Below, one piece after another: positions 1-11,295 of a stretch of 64,000 nt of DNA (position 1 is the first letter of the stretch; each line of letters opens with the position of its first letter). Made by a program: the position numbers and the translations under genes. The stretch is from Lytechinus pictus (lineage: Eukaryota), in contig NC_087250.1 of NCBI RefSeq assembly GCF_037042905.1, forward strand, positions 7,256,001 through 7,320,000. Reading direction: 5' to 3'. Below the pieces are notes generated by a model. That model did no database searches. It saw nothing but the letters and a program-made list of their open reading frames with translations, and had not been told where the DNA came from.

Positions 1-1111
1 TTCGACTAATCTTGATCACGGAACGAATACTGATACTAAGAAGAGCCCTCCAGTTCCAGATGTAAGGGTTAGGAAAAGCAGCACCCATTCCCAGATGGAT
101 AATGCCATACATAATCCTGAACATGACAGTGGACACCTTGGTCTTACTGGAGAGCTGTCAAATTACGATACCAACCCTGAACTCCTCAAGGTTTTCCACA
201 TCAAGGATCACTATGAGACGGTGTCTTCTCAAGGGTCACGTCGAACTTCCATCGCTTCAGACGAGGAAGCAGTGCGGGAACATCTAAGTTTGATTCTGAA
301 CAAACCGGACAGCGGGAGTGATGCGAATGAAGACCAAGGTGGTAGCAACATGAGAGGACAGTCTGGTGAAGATTCACCAGGACAAAGAAGAGAGCCGAAG
401 GGTAATGTCCTCAAGAAGAAGCCACCCTTACCAAAACTACTCCATCAGCATCAGATCCAGTCTTCCAGACGGCCCAGCCCAAGGCGAGCCAGTGAACCAA
501 ACTTACCACCTCCTGATGCTGACAGTACCTCCTTTTCTGTAACTCCCATCAAGAAACTTGAACAGAAGAGAGAAGAGAACAAGTCTCAAGTTTCAACAAT
601 AAAGAACAGTCTTCCAGATAAGAAGTTCAGCCCTCCGTCTTCTTCCACGAAGAAACAGCGTGGCAAATCCCTCGGAGACGTGCCTTCAGATGCCTCGAGC
701 AAAGATCATGGTCCGAGTTCAAGTACCACCAGCCTTCCCATCAAGTCCTCGATCATTGAGGAAGATGGTCACCAAGATTCTGCTGATGAAGATTGGGTCG
801 AGGAGGAAGAGCCTCTTGCCAGACACGTCCAGACGCTGACGGAGAAGACACTCCAGGAATTCGAAACCATTGCTCAATCTGTTGATACCGCCACAACCTC
901 TGTTATCCACACCCGACCTCCATCATCAGCCGGTGGGCAGTCCATCCATACCGCCAGGAGCTCTATCAGGAGTGTCTCTCCTAGCCCTAGGGTGAGGGAT
1001 GTCATCAATGTGCAAGGAGGTGACCAGGAAGAAAGAGAGTTCTTGAATCAGAGCATCGCGCTCTCTGAAACAAGCAGTGAGGTCTTCAGGGATTTCAACG
1101 ATACCGGAGAG
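1..1111 (+). CDS. MAP3K19: MAP3K19-like kinase, large low-complexity exon (5' end outside window)
   Basis: Frame is open from base 2 through ORF 95..1195 and is Ser/Pro/Glu-rich. Donor GAG|gtaggt at 1111/1112 is phase 0, matching the next exon. Confidence 0.85.
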
Positions 1112-2401
1112 GTAGGTACAGACCCTGGGGCCATTTCAGATAGAGTTACAACTGTGGCAACCTTGCCCTTATTGTTACTCCCATGGAAACTTTGATTGCG
1201 ATTTATTGCTGAACCCTGTTACCAATGTAGTTATTGTAGTGGCAAAGCAACAACAGTTGTAAGTCTTTTATGAAATGGGCCCCTGTATCTTAACTAATCT
1301 CTTAATAAGACTTTGAAACATAGAAATTGATATCTTCCAATGTAGCTTAATAATTATTGCTTTAGTAATTGAGTATATGAATTTTAAAAAGGCCCAAGTC
1401 CATAGGAGGTCATTTCGAGAAAAATTGAAAAAAAAATTGATATTTTTTTTAATTTGGGCAATTAAAGTATATTTGACCGAAAGAAAGACATCAGAGAACA
1501 TATAAAACAAATTTAAGTGTACATTTTCATGAACATTAATATTTACGTTACTTGTGGGCGGGGCCTTTTGTCTGATGGACTTGGGTCATTCTTAGAATCA
1601 TATGTACTTGGACCATTCTTACATTCATATACATGGTAGACTTCTGTAGTAAGTAGCAGAAATAATGAGAGAGGGCGCTATGATATGAATGTAAGAATAG
1701 CCCAAGTCCTAGATTACCAGATTTTCCTTCTTTAAGGCATTTCTGAGAACAATTTCCCATATTTAACTCAATTTCGCCAAAAATACTCAATTGTTAATAA
1801 TACACTACAGTCACTGATGGTTCATTCAAGATTGCATCCTTGCAGATTTTTCTCTTGAAAGGATATTTTCTAACAGCATGTTTCAGACCTATCATACTAT
1901 TTGTTTTAGGGCAGCATTGCTAGTCTTCAACAATTTATTTTGAAGTGCTTAGGTAGCCAAGAAAATCAACATTACTGATTGATTATACATTGTGTCACTA
2001 ACATTTCAGTGTCAATCCACAGTGTTTCATAAAAAAGTTTGTATATTTCTAGAGTTTTTAAACAGCCAAAATGCATCAGTGTCTTAGTCTTATAGTGTAA
2101 AACTTTGGTTTTAAAAAATGAGTGTTTGTAACACCCAGGATTCATATTATCATTCAGTATTATAAGTACCATTTTTCATCTGAGCAAGAGCTCCACAGTA
2201 TCAAACTAGAGTGTTTATATTATACAGAGTGTTTTGAACAGCCAAGAGCACCAATCATAGTTTTAGCGCTAACACCAGAACATCTACTTTGAGTGTTGTG
2301 TTTATGTTATACAGAGTGTTTCAAACAGCCAAGAGTGCCAATCATAGTTTTGGTGCTAACACCACAATGTCTACATTGAGTGTTGTCTTTCTGTTATACA
2401 G

Positions 2402-2557
2402 AGTGTTATAAACAGTCAGGATACATCGGTGTCATCCAGCATGATAAGTAGCACCGATCGTAGTCTTAGCGCTAACACCACAGTGTCAGAGTCTGAGGGG
2501 ACTGAACTCCTCCATTGGAAGAAAGGCAACCTGCTCGGGAAAGGAGCATTTGGGACG
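2402..2557 (+). CDS. MAP3K19: MAP3K19-like exon, start of kinase domain (Gly-rich loop)
   Basis: Acceptor ttatacag|, donor |gtgagc, 156 nt. Encodes SVINSQ...HWKKGNLLGKGAFGT. Confidence 0.93.
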
Positions 2558-3217
2558 GTGAGCCCAATTATTTTTTCTTTCTCATTCAATGCATGATTCA
2601 TAATAAAACAGAAATGAGACAGAAAGAAAAAGAAATTATGTCTCATTTCTTACAACATGTGACCATTTATTTCAAATCACTTCTCTTTACCACTTCCAAA
2701 CCAGTTTCTTCCAAGCCCAATCTTTCCATGAGCTCATTTAAGAACTTTTTTTTAGATATTTTAACCCTAGAAGGACTGGGGAGCATAATGGCCCCCCTCA
2801 GCGATAAAAAAAGATAGCACCTCAAAATTTTATGAGTTTTTTCCTTGAAGTCTCGTGCAACTTTGGAGACCAAATTTGTGACCTACAGCGATTGCATCAC
2901 AATCTCACGTGCCTTTTTATGAGACAATGTCATGCTGAAAATGGCACATTTTTACACTATGTGTACAATGTCTCTGGGAGATGAAATTCATAAAAGGGTG
3001 ATTATTTTTCATTCTAAATTAATTTAGGGTTTAAATTTTCATTCTAAATTAATTTAGGATTTAATTTTGTTTTTAAATGATCTGTAATAATTTCCATTGA
3101 AAAAAAACCTCAACATAACTCTTTTTGTAAGACGGGGCCCAGGTATCTGAGCCATATATTATTGCTGATCTGATGCAGGCCTTATAAACCTTGCCTTTTA
3201 TTCTCATATTCTTGTAG

Positions 3218-3369
3218 GTATACTGTGGGCTAACAAACACCGGTCAGCTGTTAGCCGTGAAGCAGGTCGAGCTCAGCGAGAGAGATAAGGAGAAAGCCAA
3301 ACAACAGTATCAGAAACTACAAGAAGAAGTACAACTTCTAAAGACGCTTTGTCACAAGAACATTGTTGG
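3218..3369 (+). CDS. MAP3K19: MAP3K19-like exon (AVK lysine, helix C)
   Basis: cttgtag| ... |gtaagt. Encodes VYCGLTNTGQLLAVKQVEL...KLQEEVQLLKTLCHKNIVG, closely resembling the MAP3K19 VYCGLT-GQL-AVKQV segment as recalled. Confidence 0.95.
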
Positions 3370-3820
3370 GTAAGTGGAAACAGGCCCCATATGATAAAGC
3401 AATACATTTGATTGGTTGTGTTTATACGACTGAAACTACCAGAAGTACCACTTCTAAAGACACTTTGTCACAAGAACATTGTTGGGTAATAAAAAACAGG
3501 CCCTATTTTCACGTGGTTAAACAAGTTTACATGTAGTTTTATGGTTGTGTTTATACTTCTGAAACTACAGGAAGAAGTATAACTTCTAGAAGTATAACTT
3601 CTTAAGACACTGTCACAAGAACTTTGTTGGGATAATGGAAACAGAATCTATTTTTGTGTAGTAAAGCAGATGCAGTTGAGTGGTTGTGTTTATACTCATG
3701 AAACTACAGGAAGAAGTATAACTTTTTAAGACACTTTTGTCACAAAATCATTGTTTGGTTAATGGAAATAGGCCCCATTTTCATGCGATAAAGAATATAC
3801 AACTGAGTGGTTGTGTTTGT
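3312..3820 (+). repeat. ~120-140-bp degenerate tandem repeat of the exon 3' end plus donor
   Basis: gaaactaca..gaagta..acttct.aagac...tgtcacaagaac.ttgttggg..aa.gga.acagg occurs 4 times. Confidence 0.9.
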
Positions 3821-4377
3821 ACTGTATTAGAATGCTATTTCTTTAGGTGGGCAAGGTATGTTGTCACAGGAGATATTAATGGTCACTTTGATATACAATA
3901 CTTTTTAATGTTAAATTATGACGATGATGATGCTGGTGACAGCGATGATGATAATAATGGCAATGATGACGAAATAGTAATTTAATATGAAAATGATGGT
4001 GATGTTGATGATGATAATGATGATAATAAATGGTAATGATGATGATAATGATGCTGATGATGATCACAATGATGATAATGATGAAAATGCCAATTATGAT
4101 AATGATGATGATGTTGATGCCAATGATGATGATGGTGATGATGATGATGACAATGATGATTATGATGTGAATGACAATTATTTTGATAAAAAAACTACGT
4201 GTATAGCAAAGATTGTGGTGATGGTGATGATGGCAATAACGACGATGAGGGTAATGACAATAATGTTGATAGTGATTTTCGTGTCAATGAGATAATATAA
4301 TGACAAAGATTATGTAATTATATTATGACATCTATGCTATCAATGACGTATAAATTGATATATTTTCGTCAACCTAG

Positions 4378-4557
4378 CTTCCTGGGAGTGTCTTTAGAAG
4401 AGAACATGGTCAATATCTTCATGCAGTTCATCCCTGGAGGATCTATCGCATCACTTCTGGCTAGGTTTGGATCCCTAGATGAAACTGTCTTCTGTCGTTA
4501 CACCAAACAGATCCTAGAAGGCACTCAGTACTTACATGAGAATGATGTCATACACAG
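4378..4557 (+). CDS. MAP3K19: MAP3K19-like exon (hinge region to H-R)
   Basis: aacctag| ... |gttagt, phase 2-2. Encodes FLGVSLEENMVNIFMQFIPGGSIASLLARFG...YLHENDVIHR. Confidence 0.95.
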
Positions 4558-4999
4558 GTTAGTATAGTATCTACAATGATACCACTTGCCATTTATTGCA
4601 TTGAAAATGTACAGAGTAAGAAAAGTGGATAGTTTTCAATAGAAACCAGGTAATTGATCTCCTGGCTAGGTTGGATCCCTAGATGAAACTGTCTTCTGCC
4701 GTTACACCAAACAGATCCTAGAAGGCACTCAGTACTTATATGAGAATAATGTCATACATAGGTTTTACTATCATACTTCTTGTCAGTCATTGCATTGAGA
4801 ATGTACAGAGCATGAAATGTGGATAATTTTCACAAGAAACCAGGCTGTTAATATCTTGGCTAGGTCTGGATCTCTCGATGAATTTGTCAGCTGCAACACT
4901 CGGACGTGCCTGACAGGGATGTTTCTCTGCTGAGCAAGTCCTGTGACGCGGGAGTAAAACATTTGTCAGATGTGATTGCGTTTATATGTTAGTCATTTT

Positions 5000-5038
5000 G
5001 CCTCCGACGAAGATTCTGCTATGATCGAAAGCTTAGGC
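5000..5038 (+). ncRNA. Minimal type I hammerhead-like motif (Penelope-like element remnant), U4C variant
   Basis: GCCT-CCGACGA-A-GAT..ATC-GAAA-GC-TT-AGGC: stem I GCCT/AGGC, stem II GAT/ATC, palindromic stem III AGCT. Confidence 0.45.
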
Positions 5039-5206
5039 CCCTTTTGACTTTCCAATCACAACTCTGTGTAAGTCGGGGCCCAGATCAATCTAGTCAGGAG
5101 GTACTCAAATCATTGTGAAGGACGCCTGAAAAGTGAAATTCGCGAAAGATAACGTCATCATGAAATATTTTCAAACACTATTCTATTTGCCTCTTGCTCT
5201 TCACAG

Positions 5207-5398
5207 GGACATCAAAGGAGCCAACATCATGTTGATGTCGACGGGGGTGATCAAGCTCATTGACTTTGGTTGTGCTAAGCGTCTATGTATCCAGATCAGT
5301 CGCAGTCAGAATGTACTCAAATCAATGCGAGGGACACCGTACTGGATGGCGCCCGAGGTCATCATGGAGACGGGACATGGGAAGAAATCAGATATATG
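5207..5398 (+). CDS. MAP3K19: MAP3K19-like exon (catalytic loop, DFG, APE)
   Basis: tcacag| ... |gtgagt. Encodes DIKGANIMLMSTGVIKLIDFGCAKRL...GTPYWMAPEVIMETGHGKKSDIW. Confidence 0.97.
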
Positions 5399-5584
5399 GT
5401 GAGTATGTCCGTCTTAACCACTGAGATAAAAAAGCTGGATAGACCAACAACCTGCTCTTTTGAGACCACTTGAAACACTTAAAAGTACTCCAAAAGGTCA
5501 AGCGTGTACTAAGGTCCTTTTTTTTTTTGTGTGTGTGTGTGTGTGTTGTTTCTTTTGTGTTGGTATAGTCCCATATACTGTTAA

Positions 5585-6167
5585 AGGAGAATGAAACCCT
5601 TGAAACCAGCTGAATCCATATCAAAGAGAAAAATCAAAGAAACATATTGTTGAAAGTTTGAGGAAGATTGAATGAATAATAAGAAAGTTATGAGCATTTG
5701 AATATTGCAATCATTAATGCCATGTAGATCCTCCCATCGGCAATGCGACCAAGATCTGTGATATCACACACGTACAACTCCCTCATTACTTTAGTACTTA
5801 TTTCACTTATATTCTCACTTTTATAGAATCTATCACAAGGTGAGGTGTTCTCTTTATGATATGACAAGTACAGAGGTTTCACAACATTATATCATTGATG
5901 AATCGTTTGTCATATGATTACAATGAGCAAAAATAGATGTTTTGGGGTATATTTTCAGTGTCCAAATGGGAGAGTTGTACGTGTGTGACATCACAGATCT
6001 TGGTCGCATTGCCAATGGGAGTATCTCCATAGCATTAGTGATCTCGACATTCAAATGCTCATAACTCTTTTATTGCTAGTCCTATTTTACTCAAAATTTT
6101 GTTGATCTTATTCTTTGATTTTTCTGCTTTCACAAAAGCTAACTTGCTCCAAGAGTTTCATTCTCCT
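5585..6167. mobile_element. Non-autonomous DNA transposon, TTAA-flanked (Kolobok/piggyBac-like)
   Basis: ttaa|aggagaatgaaac ... gtttcattctcct|ttaa, with long internal inverted arms. Confidence 0.8.
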
Positions 6168-6370
6168 TTAATTGTGTCATGGAGTACTTTTCCTTTAGCT
6201 TCAAGGTGTCATGTGCGGTAGCATACAATAAGCTCTATCCATTTTTTTCATATCTATGGTCTGAACCCACAGAGGTACATTGGTTGTACAGTATTTGAGA
6301 TGTTCTTTGTGTGGTTTTTGAGTCATTACCCTTGTGATCAACTTCCGTGATTCTTTTCCTTTCTCTGTAG

Positions 6371-6535
6371 GTCCATTGGTTGTACAGTGTTTGAGATGGC
6401 GACCCGTAAGCCCCCTTGGTCTGACATGCCTCCCATGGCGGCCATCTTTGCCATCGGTTCCGGTGGCCCCGTTCCTCAGATGCCAGACAAGTTCTCTGAA
6501 GATGCGAAGACCTTTGTCAATGCTTGCCTAACAAG
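6371..6535 (+). CDS. MAP3K19: MAP3K19-like exon (subdomains IX-XI)
   Basis: ctctgtag| ... |gtaaga. Encodes SIGCTVFEMATRKPPWSDMPPMAAIFAIGSGG...FVNACLTR. Confidence 0.95.
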
Positions 6536-7010
6536 GTAAGACTGTTATAGTATAAGATGCAAATACCTTTTTTAATGCTTGCCTTACAAGATAACCATTA
6601 CAGTATAAGATGTGAAGACCTTTGTCAATGCTTGAATTACAAGGTAAGACCGTTATAGTATAAGATCTGAAAACCTTTATCAATGCTTGCCTTACAAGGT
6701 AAGACCGTTATAGTATAAGATCTGAAAACCTTTGTCAATGCTTGCCTTACAAGGTAAGACCCATTACAGTATAAGATGCGAAGACATTTGTCAATGCTTG
6801 CCTTTCAAGATAAGACCCATTTCAGTATAAGATGCGAAGACATTTGTCAATGCTTGCTTTACAAGGTAAGACCGTTACAGTATAAGACGCAAATGCCTTT
6901 TTCAATGCTTGCCTTACAATATGACTATTACAGTATAAGATGCAAAGACCTCTGTCAATGCTTGCCTTACAAGGTAAGACCCATTACAGTTTGTGATGAA
7001 AATACCTTTT
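6499..7010 (+). repeat. ~55-bp tandem repeat made of the exon 3' end plus donor site
   Basis: About 9 copies of aagatgcgaagacctttgtcaatgcttgccttacaaggtaagaccgttatagtat. More decayed copies at ~7290-7430. Confidence 0.95.
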
Positions 7011-7017
7011 TGTAAGA

Positions 7018-7207
7018 CCTGGAGGCCGTTTCATAAAGCTGATCGTAAGTTAAGAGCGACTTTAAGAACGACTGGTGATCCTTTCTTGTGGTAAGTGACG
7101 GTTCACCATTATGTTCATTAGTGATTATTTAGCGCATAAGAAAGGTTCACCAGTCGTTCTTAAAGTCGCTCTTAACTTACGAACAGCTTTATGAAACACC
7201 CACCAGA
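7018..7207. mobile_element. MITE family A (other copies ~16970-17140, 17662-17830, 18998-19228, 58781-58967)
   Basis: Inverted arms gtttcataaagctg.tcgtaagttaagagcgactttaagaacgactggtga and their reverse complement, repeated five times in the window. Confidence 0.9.
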
Positions 7208-7892
7208 GGTTTGGCTCATTAATATGTATCTGGTTTTTTTTTTAGTTTGTAATTTCTTGATTGTGTTATTTTGCCAAATAAATTGAATTGAGATGAATGC
7301 TTGCCTTACAAGATACGTCCATTGTCGTATATGATGTAAAGACCTTTTGTATAGTTTGTATTACTAGATAAGGCTGTTATAGTATAAGATGTAAATACCT
7401 TTGTTAATGCTTGCCTTATAAGTGAAGACCATTATGATGTACCTGTGTTTCTAGCATCATCAATTCCTATCGATTCTTGATGATTAAAGTGAGAATTTAT
7501 GCTGAGGTAAAGTCGGTTTTAATAATCAAAGCTGCAGCCAACCTGTAGCAATCAATTCTAATTAGGAGATATGTTATTGTCTTAGTGCTTAATGCTTCAA
7601 AACCTCTTCCAGCCTTCATCTCAGGTGTGAACTGCATCTGTTCTTTCTTTTTATTTCAGGTTGGTAAAAATGTGTTGATGTCTTTTGAGTATATGTATCA
7701 CATTCTGTTCCAAGAAAAAGTCTTTGATCTCTAAACTTTGGTCCAAGACTTTTCCTTGTGATGTATTAAGTCTTGCTCTACCTATCTTGGCTTTTGGTTT
7801 ATTATCAAGGAAAAGTCTTGAATACCACTGTGACACTGTCCATTATGAAGTTAGATACATTATTATTACACATCTTTACATTAATTTTGCAG

Positions 7893-8100
7893 GAATCAAG
7901 ATGAACGAGCTACAGCCTCAGAACTCCTCAAGCACCCCTTTATAAAGAGAAGGAAAGAAAGAGGGAGGGAACACTATCAGAGCAGGATATCCTCAACATC
8001 TCTGGAAGACGGCCCAATCGTCTTCAGGGAACAACCTATCTCAAGGGACTCGGCAGAGAGCAAAGGAAGAAGGAACTATGCCATGCAGGATTTCCGCTGA
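7893..8100 (+). CDS. MAP3K19: MAP3K19-like terminal coding exon
   Basis: ttttgcag| then NQDERATASELLKHPFIKRR...MQDFR, stop TGA at 8098-8100. Confidence 0.92.
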
Positions 8101-10653
8101 ACGAGCGATTGCTGCAGTAGAAGTGCTTGCGGAATCAGTCTCAGAGATAGTGATATTCTGGTAGTCACTTGAGATAAGTTTGTGTCGTTGCGCTCTACCT
8201 GTCAAGCAGAGGTAGAAGCACGCTGTGGGCAATTGCTGCAGGAAAAAGTGCTTGAGGAATACATCTCAGAGACATGTATTGTGTGGTCACCTGAGACAGG
8301 TCTGTGCTTCGGCATTCTTACACCACCAAGTGGAGCAAGAATTATGTTGAGTGTGAGTTTCGTTTGTGAAGCAATTGAATTGAGGCACAATGTTTTCAAC
8401 ATTCCTTATTATAACCAGAGTGTGAGGAACTGCATCTTTCTTGAGTTCCATTGATGAAGAGACCATAGGTCATTCAATGAGTTCTGGAAGATTTCTTTCA
8501 TTCTGGGAAAGGATTGTACAGACAAATGTGCGAAGGACTTATCGGCACGTTCTTGTGGAAAGAGCTGTGCTGGAAACACCAATGTTAATTATGTATATGA
8601 ATTTATGAAGTAAAGGAAGCGGGGTCGTTGCAGAAACCAAGGCTGAATTAAATTTTTCCCTGCAAGAAGTATGTTGGTAGAGCCATTGCTGCGTTGACAA
8701 TCACCTGTAAGAATCACCCTGTCACAACTTAATAATTAAGGTGCAGCTGATGACAACAAAGGAGAAGACCAGTGCTTAGGGGAAATGCTTCTGGTAATTG
8801 AGACACCTATTCAAATTGTAGAACCTTTTCTTTGGAAGGGTATTGCTTCAAATTTCATCATGTTTAAATGAAAATGCACAGAAATTCAGAAACTCGTGGC
8901 AGTTTCAGAATCAATTTCTCCATTATGGTCATGAACCTATTACTGTAATGACATTTCACATGTACAATCATTGACAATGTTGATGAATTTTGTAGTTAAA
9001 GCATCTACCATTCCACATAAGTTTGAGGTTCAGCCCTTACCATATGTTGTCACTGAACCTGATATCTTTTCCTTTGTATTTCAAATAATCATGCTGTGGA
9101 AATCAAATGTATTCAGAACCTTGGTATATGCATGGACTTGTTTTATAAACTTTTCTGAGCTATGTGTAGTATTGGCTTCATCAAGGCTAGATTGCACATA
9201 TTTCTGTATTGGAGAATATATATTTTCCTGTAAATGATGCATTTTCTAGCTCTTATCATGTATTCCAATTGCCTGGCTACTATTATATTCAAATCATTCG
9301 TGATTCATGTCAGTGGGCAACAGGATAGATAGATTGTCAGTAATGGGAACTTGTACCTCTAAACTTGGGGATGTTGCACAAAAGGTCAAGATTGACTTAA
9401 AATCATGCTTAAATGCGACATGCACATTATATGAAACACACAATCTTATTGATTACTATACAGTAGGGCATGTCCTCTGAGTTGACCAATGAGGCAATGT
9501 CTTCTATACCGCATGCAACTGGAAATTTAAGTGCGACTCTAAGTCAAGCTTATGTCTTTGTGAAACACCCCCCTGGACAGTGTGGTTGAGCACTTTGCCA
9601 CCTGATTGAATCAATCTTATCTCATGTTATTAATTGAAGGATAACATCCTTGCTCTGCATTGCTACATGTACACTATCAACAAAGAAACTAATTTCTCGC
9701 CAAAAGTAGAGTTACAAGTTTCCAGATCAATCACCTACATAATGCCTTGATCGAAAACATAAACTAATTCAGACAGTATTCTATCGCAATAATCATGCCT
9801 TTTGTGATTTAACTTCTGGTATTTTCTGGAGTTTCCGTCCATTTTCTATTCCATTTTTTATGATGCCTTTGACGTTACGTACAACGATTTCCATCTGTGG
9901 TGACAATCATGTGAATTTTGCTAATATTTAATGTTCAATGTTACTTGCTTTTTCAATGCAGTGCTTACCCATCTACTAAAGTGAGTGTGAAATGGGTCCA
10001 AGTGATTGGGCTTTGTCAATAGGAAGCCTATTCCCATTTAAAGTTTTAAAATGATTTACATGTTGGTGTGACGATTTGGTTCTATTTTCGCACATTTCCG
10101 TCAATCCTATTTTGTGCCTTTTCGTGCTTTTAATGTTGAATGTCGCAATTGCGGATGTAGATGACATAGAAAAGTTACTTTCCACAAATGGCGGATGTAG
10201 ATGACACAGAAAAGTTACTTTCCTTAATGTTCTGTAGTTCCTAATCTACAGGAATTTAGAATGGTAATGTACAAACTGCTATAAGTGTTTGCTTTCTATA
10301 GACAATAGACAATAGGTAGTTTTTCGCATTTACTACGGGGAAATTCTCTACAATGCATCGATTCCTTTAAAAATGCAATGAAAATCACATTGGAGAGCCG
10401 AGAGGCTTTCATCAAAAGTTGGAGGACTGGGACAGATAATCCAAAGATTTGCTCCGGAAGAGCAATCACTAATATGCCGTTGTCCCGAGTCAAGAGATTC
10501 CAATGCTGTCCCGGTCCACCAACTTTAGAAAAAAGCCTCTCAGCTCTATATTGTGATTTTATTTGCATTTTCAAAGGAATTGGTGTGTACATTGTAGATA
10601 GTTTCCTCCAAGGAAGTGCGAAAAGTCTGGATTAATTCATAAATATGGTTTAA

Positions 10654-11295
10654 AGGGAAACCCTACCCTAATAAATGATGATTTCATTTACAAAAAAAAA
10701 CCAAAAGGTGAAATCCTAATAAGAATTGGATTAAACATTTACATTTGTTTATATGTTTCAATCACTATACATGTATTTATGAGGATTTCAAATTGGCCAC
10801 ATACAGTGTACATGTAGGTAATGATGTAGAGTAGCTCGTAGTGACAATTCTGAATTTTCTCCAGTCTGTAAACTGGCTAAAATATCATCTTTAACAAACA
10901 AACAAAAAATGTTCCACTGAGAATAATTTGTCTATCATATGATATCTATGTTTAATTCATATATTTTTGGTAACTGCCTGAACAGAAAAAAACAACAAGA
11001 GAAACCCACAATTTTCCTGATAATTGAGTACATGTCATAAGAGAGAGTACATGTAGTCCTAATACCTAAGTGCCAATTTGAGAATTACATAGTGTAATGG
11101 GGCTTTCTAAGAATCTGAAGTTGCATTTGGACTTTAGTTTCTGGCGATGCCCCTGTCATATACATGTAGTTATATTCCTGTTAAATCACCCATAACTTTC
11201 TCCTTCCTCGTGCAATTTTGTCTTGATTTTATAAACTTCCACAATTCTGGTTTTTAATTGTATTTTTTAAGTTCATTTCATGGGTTGGTTTTTCC
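10654..11295. mobile_element. TTAA-flanked non-autonomous DNA element (degenerate)
   Basis: ttaa|agggaaaccctaccc ... gggttggtttttcc|ttaa. Confidence 0.55.

Noticed and set aside
1112..1195. C-terminal VGTDPG...WKL of the 366-aa ORF
   Set aside because: Intron read-through past the donor at 1112.
3915..4295. Asp/Asn-rich ORFs here and His/Ile-rich ORFs at 22326-22869
   Set aside because: (GAT)n/(CAT)n low-complexity intronic tracts.
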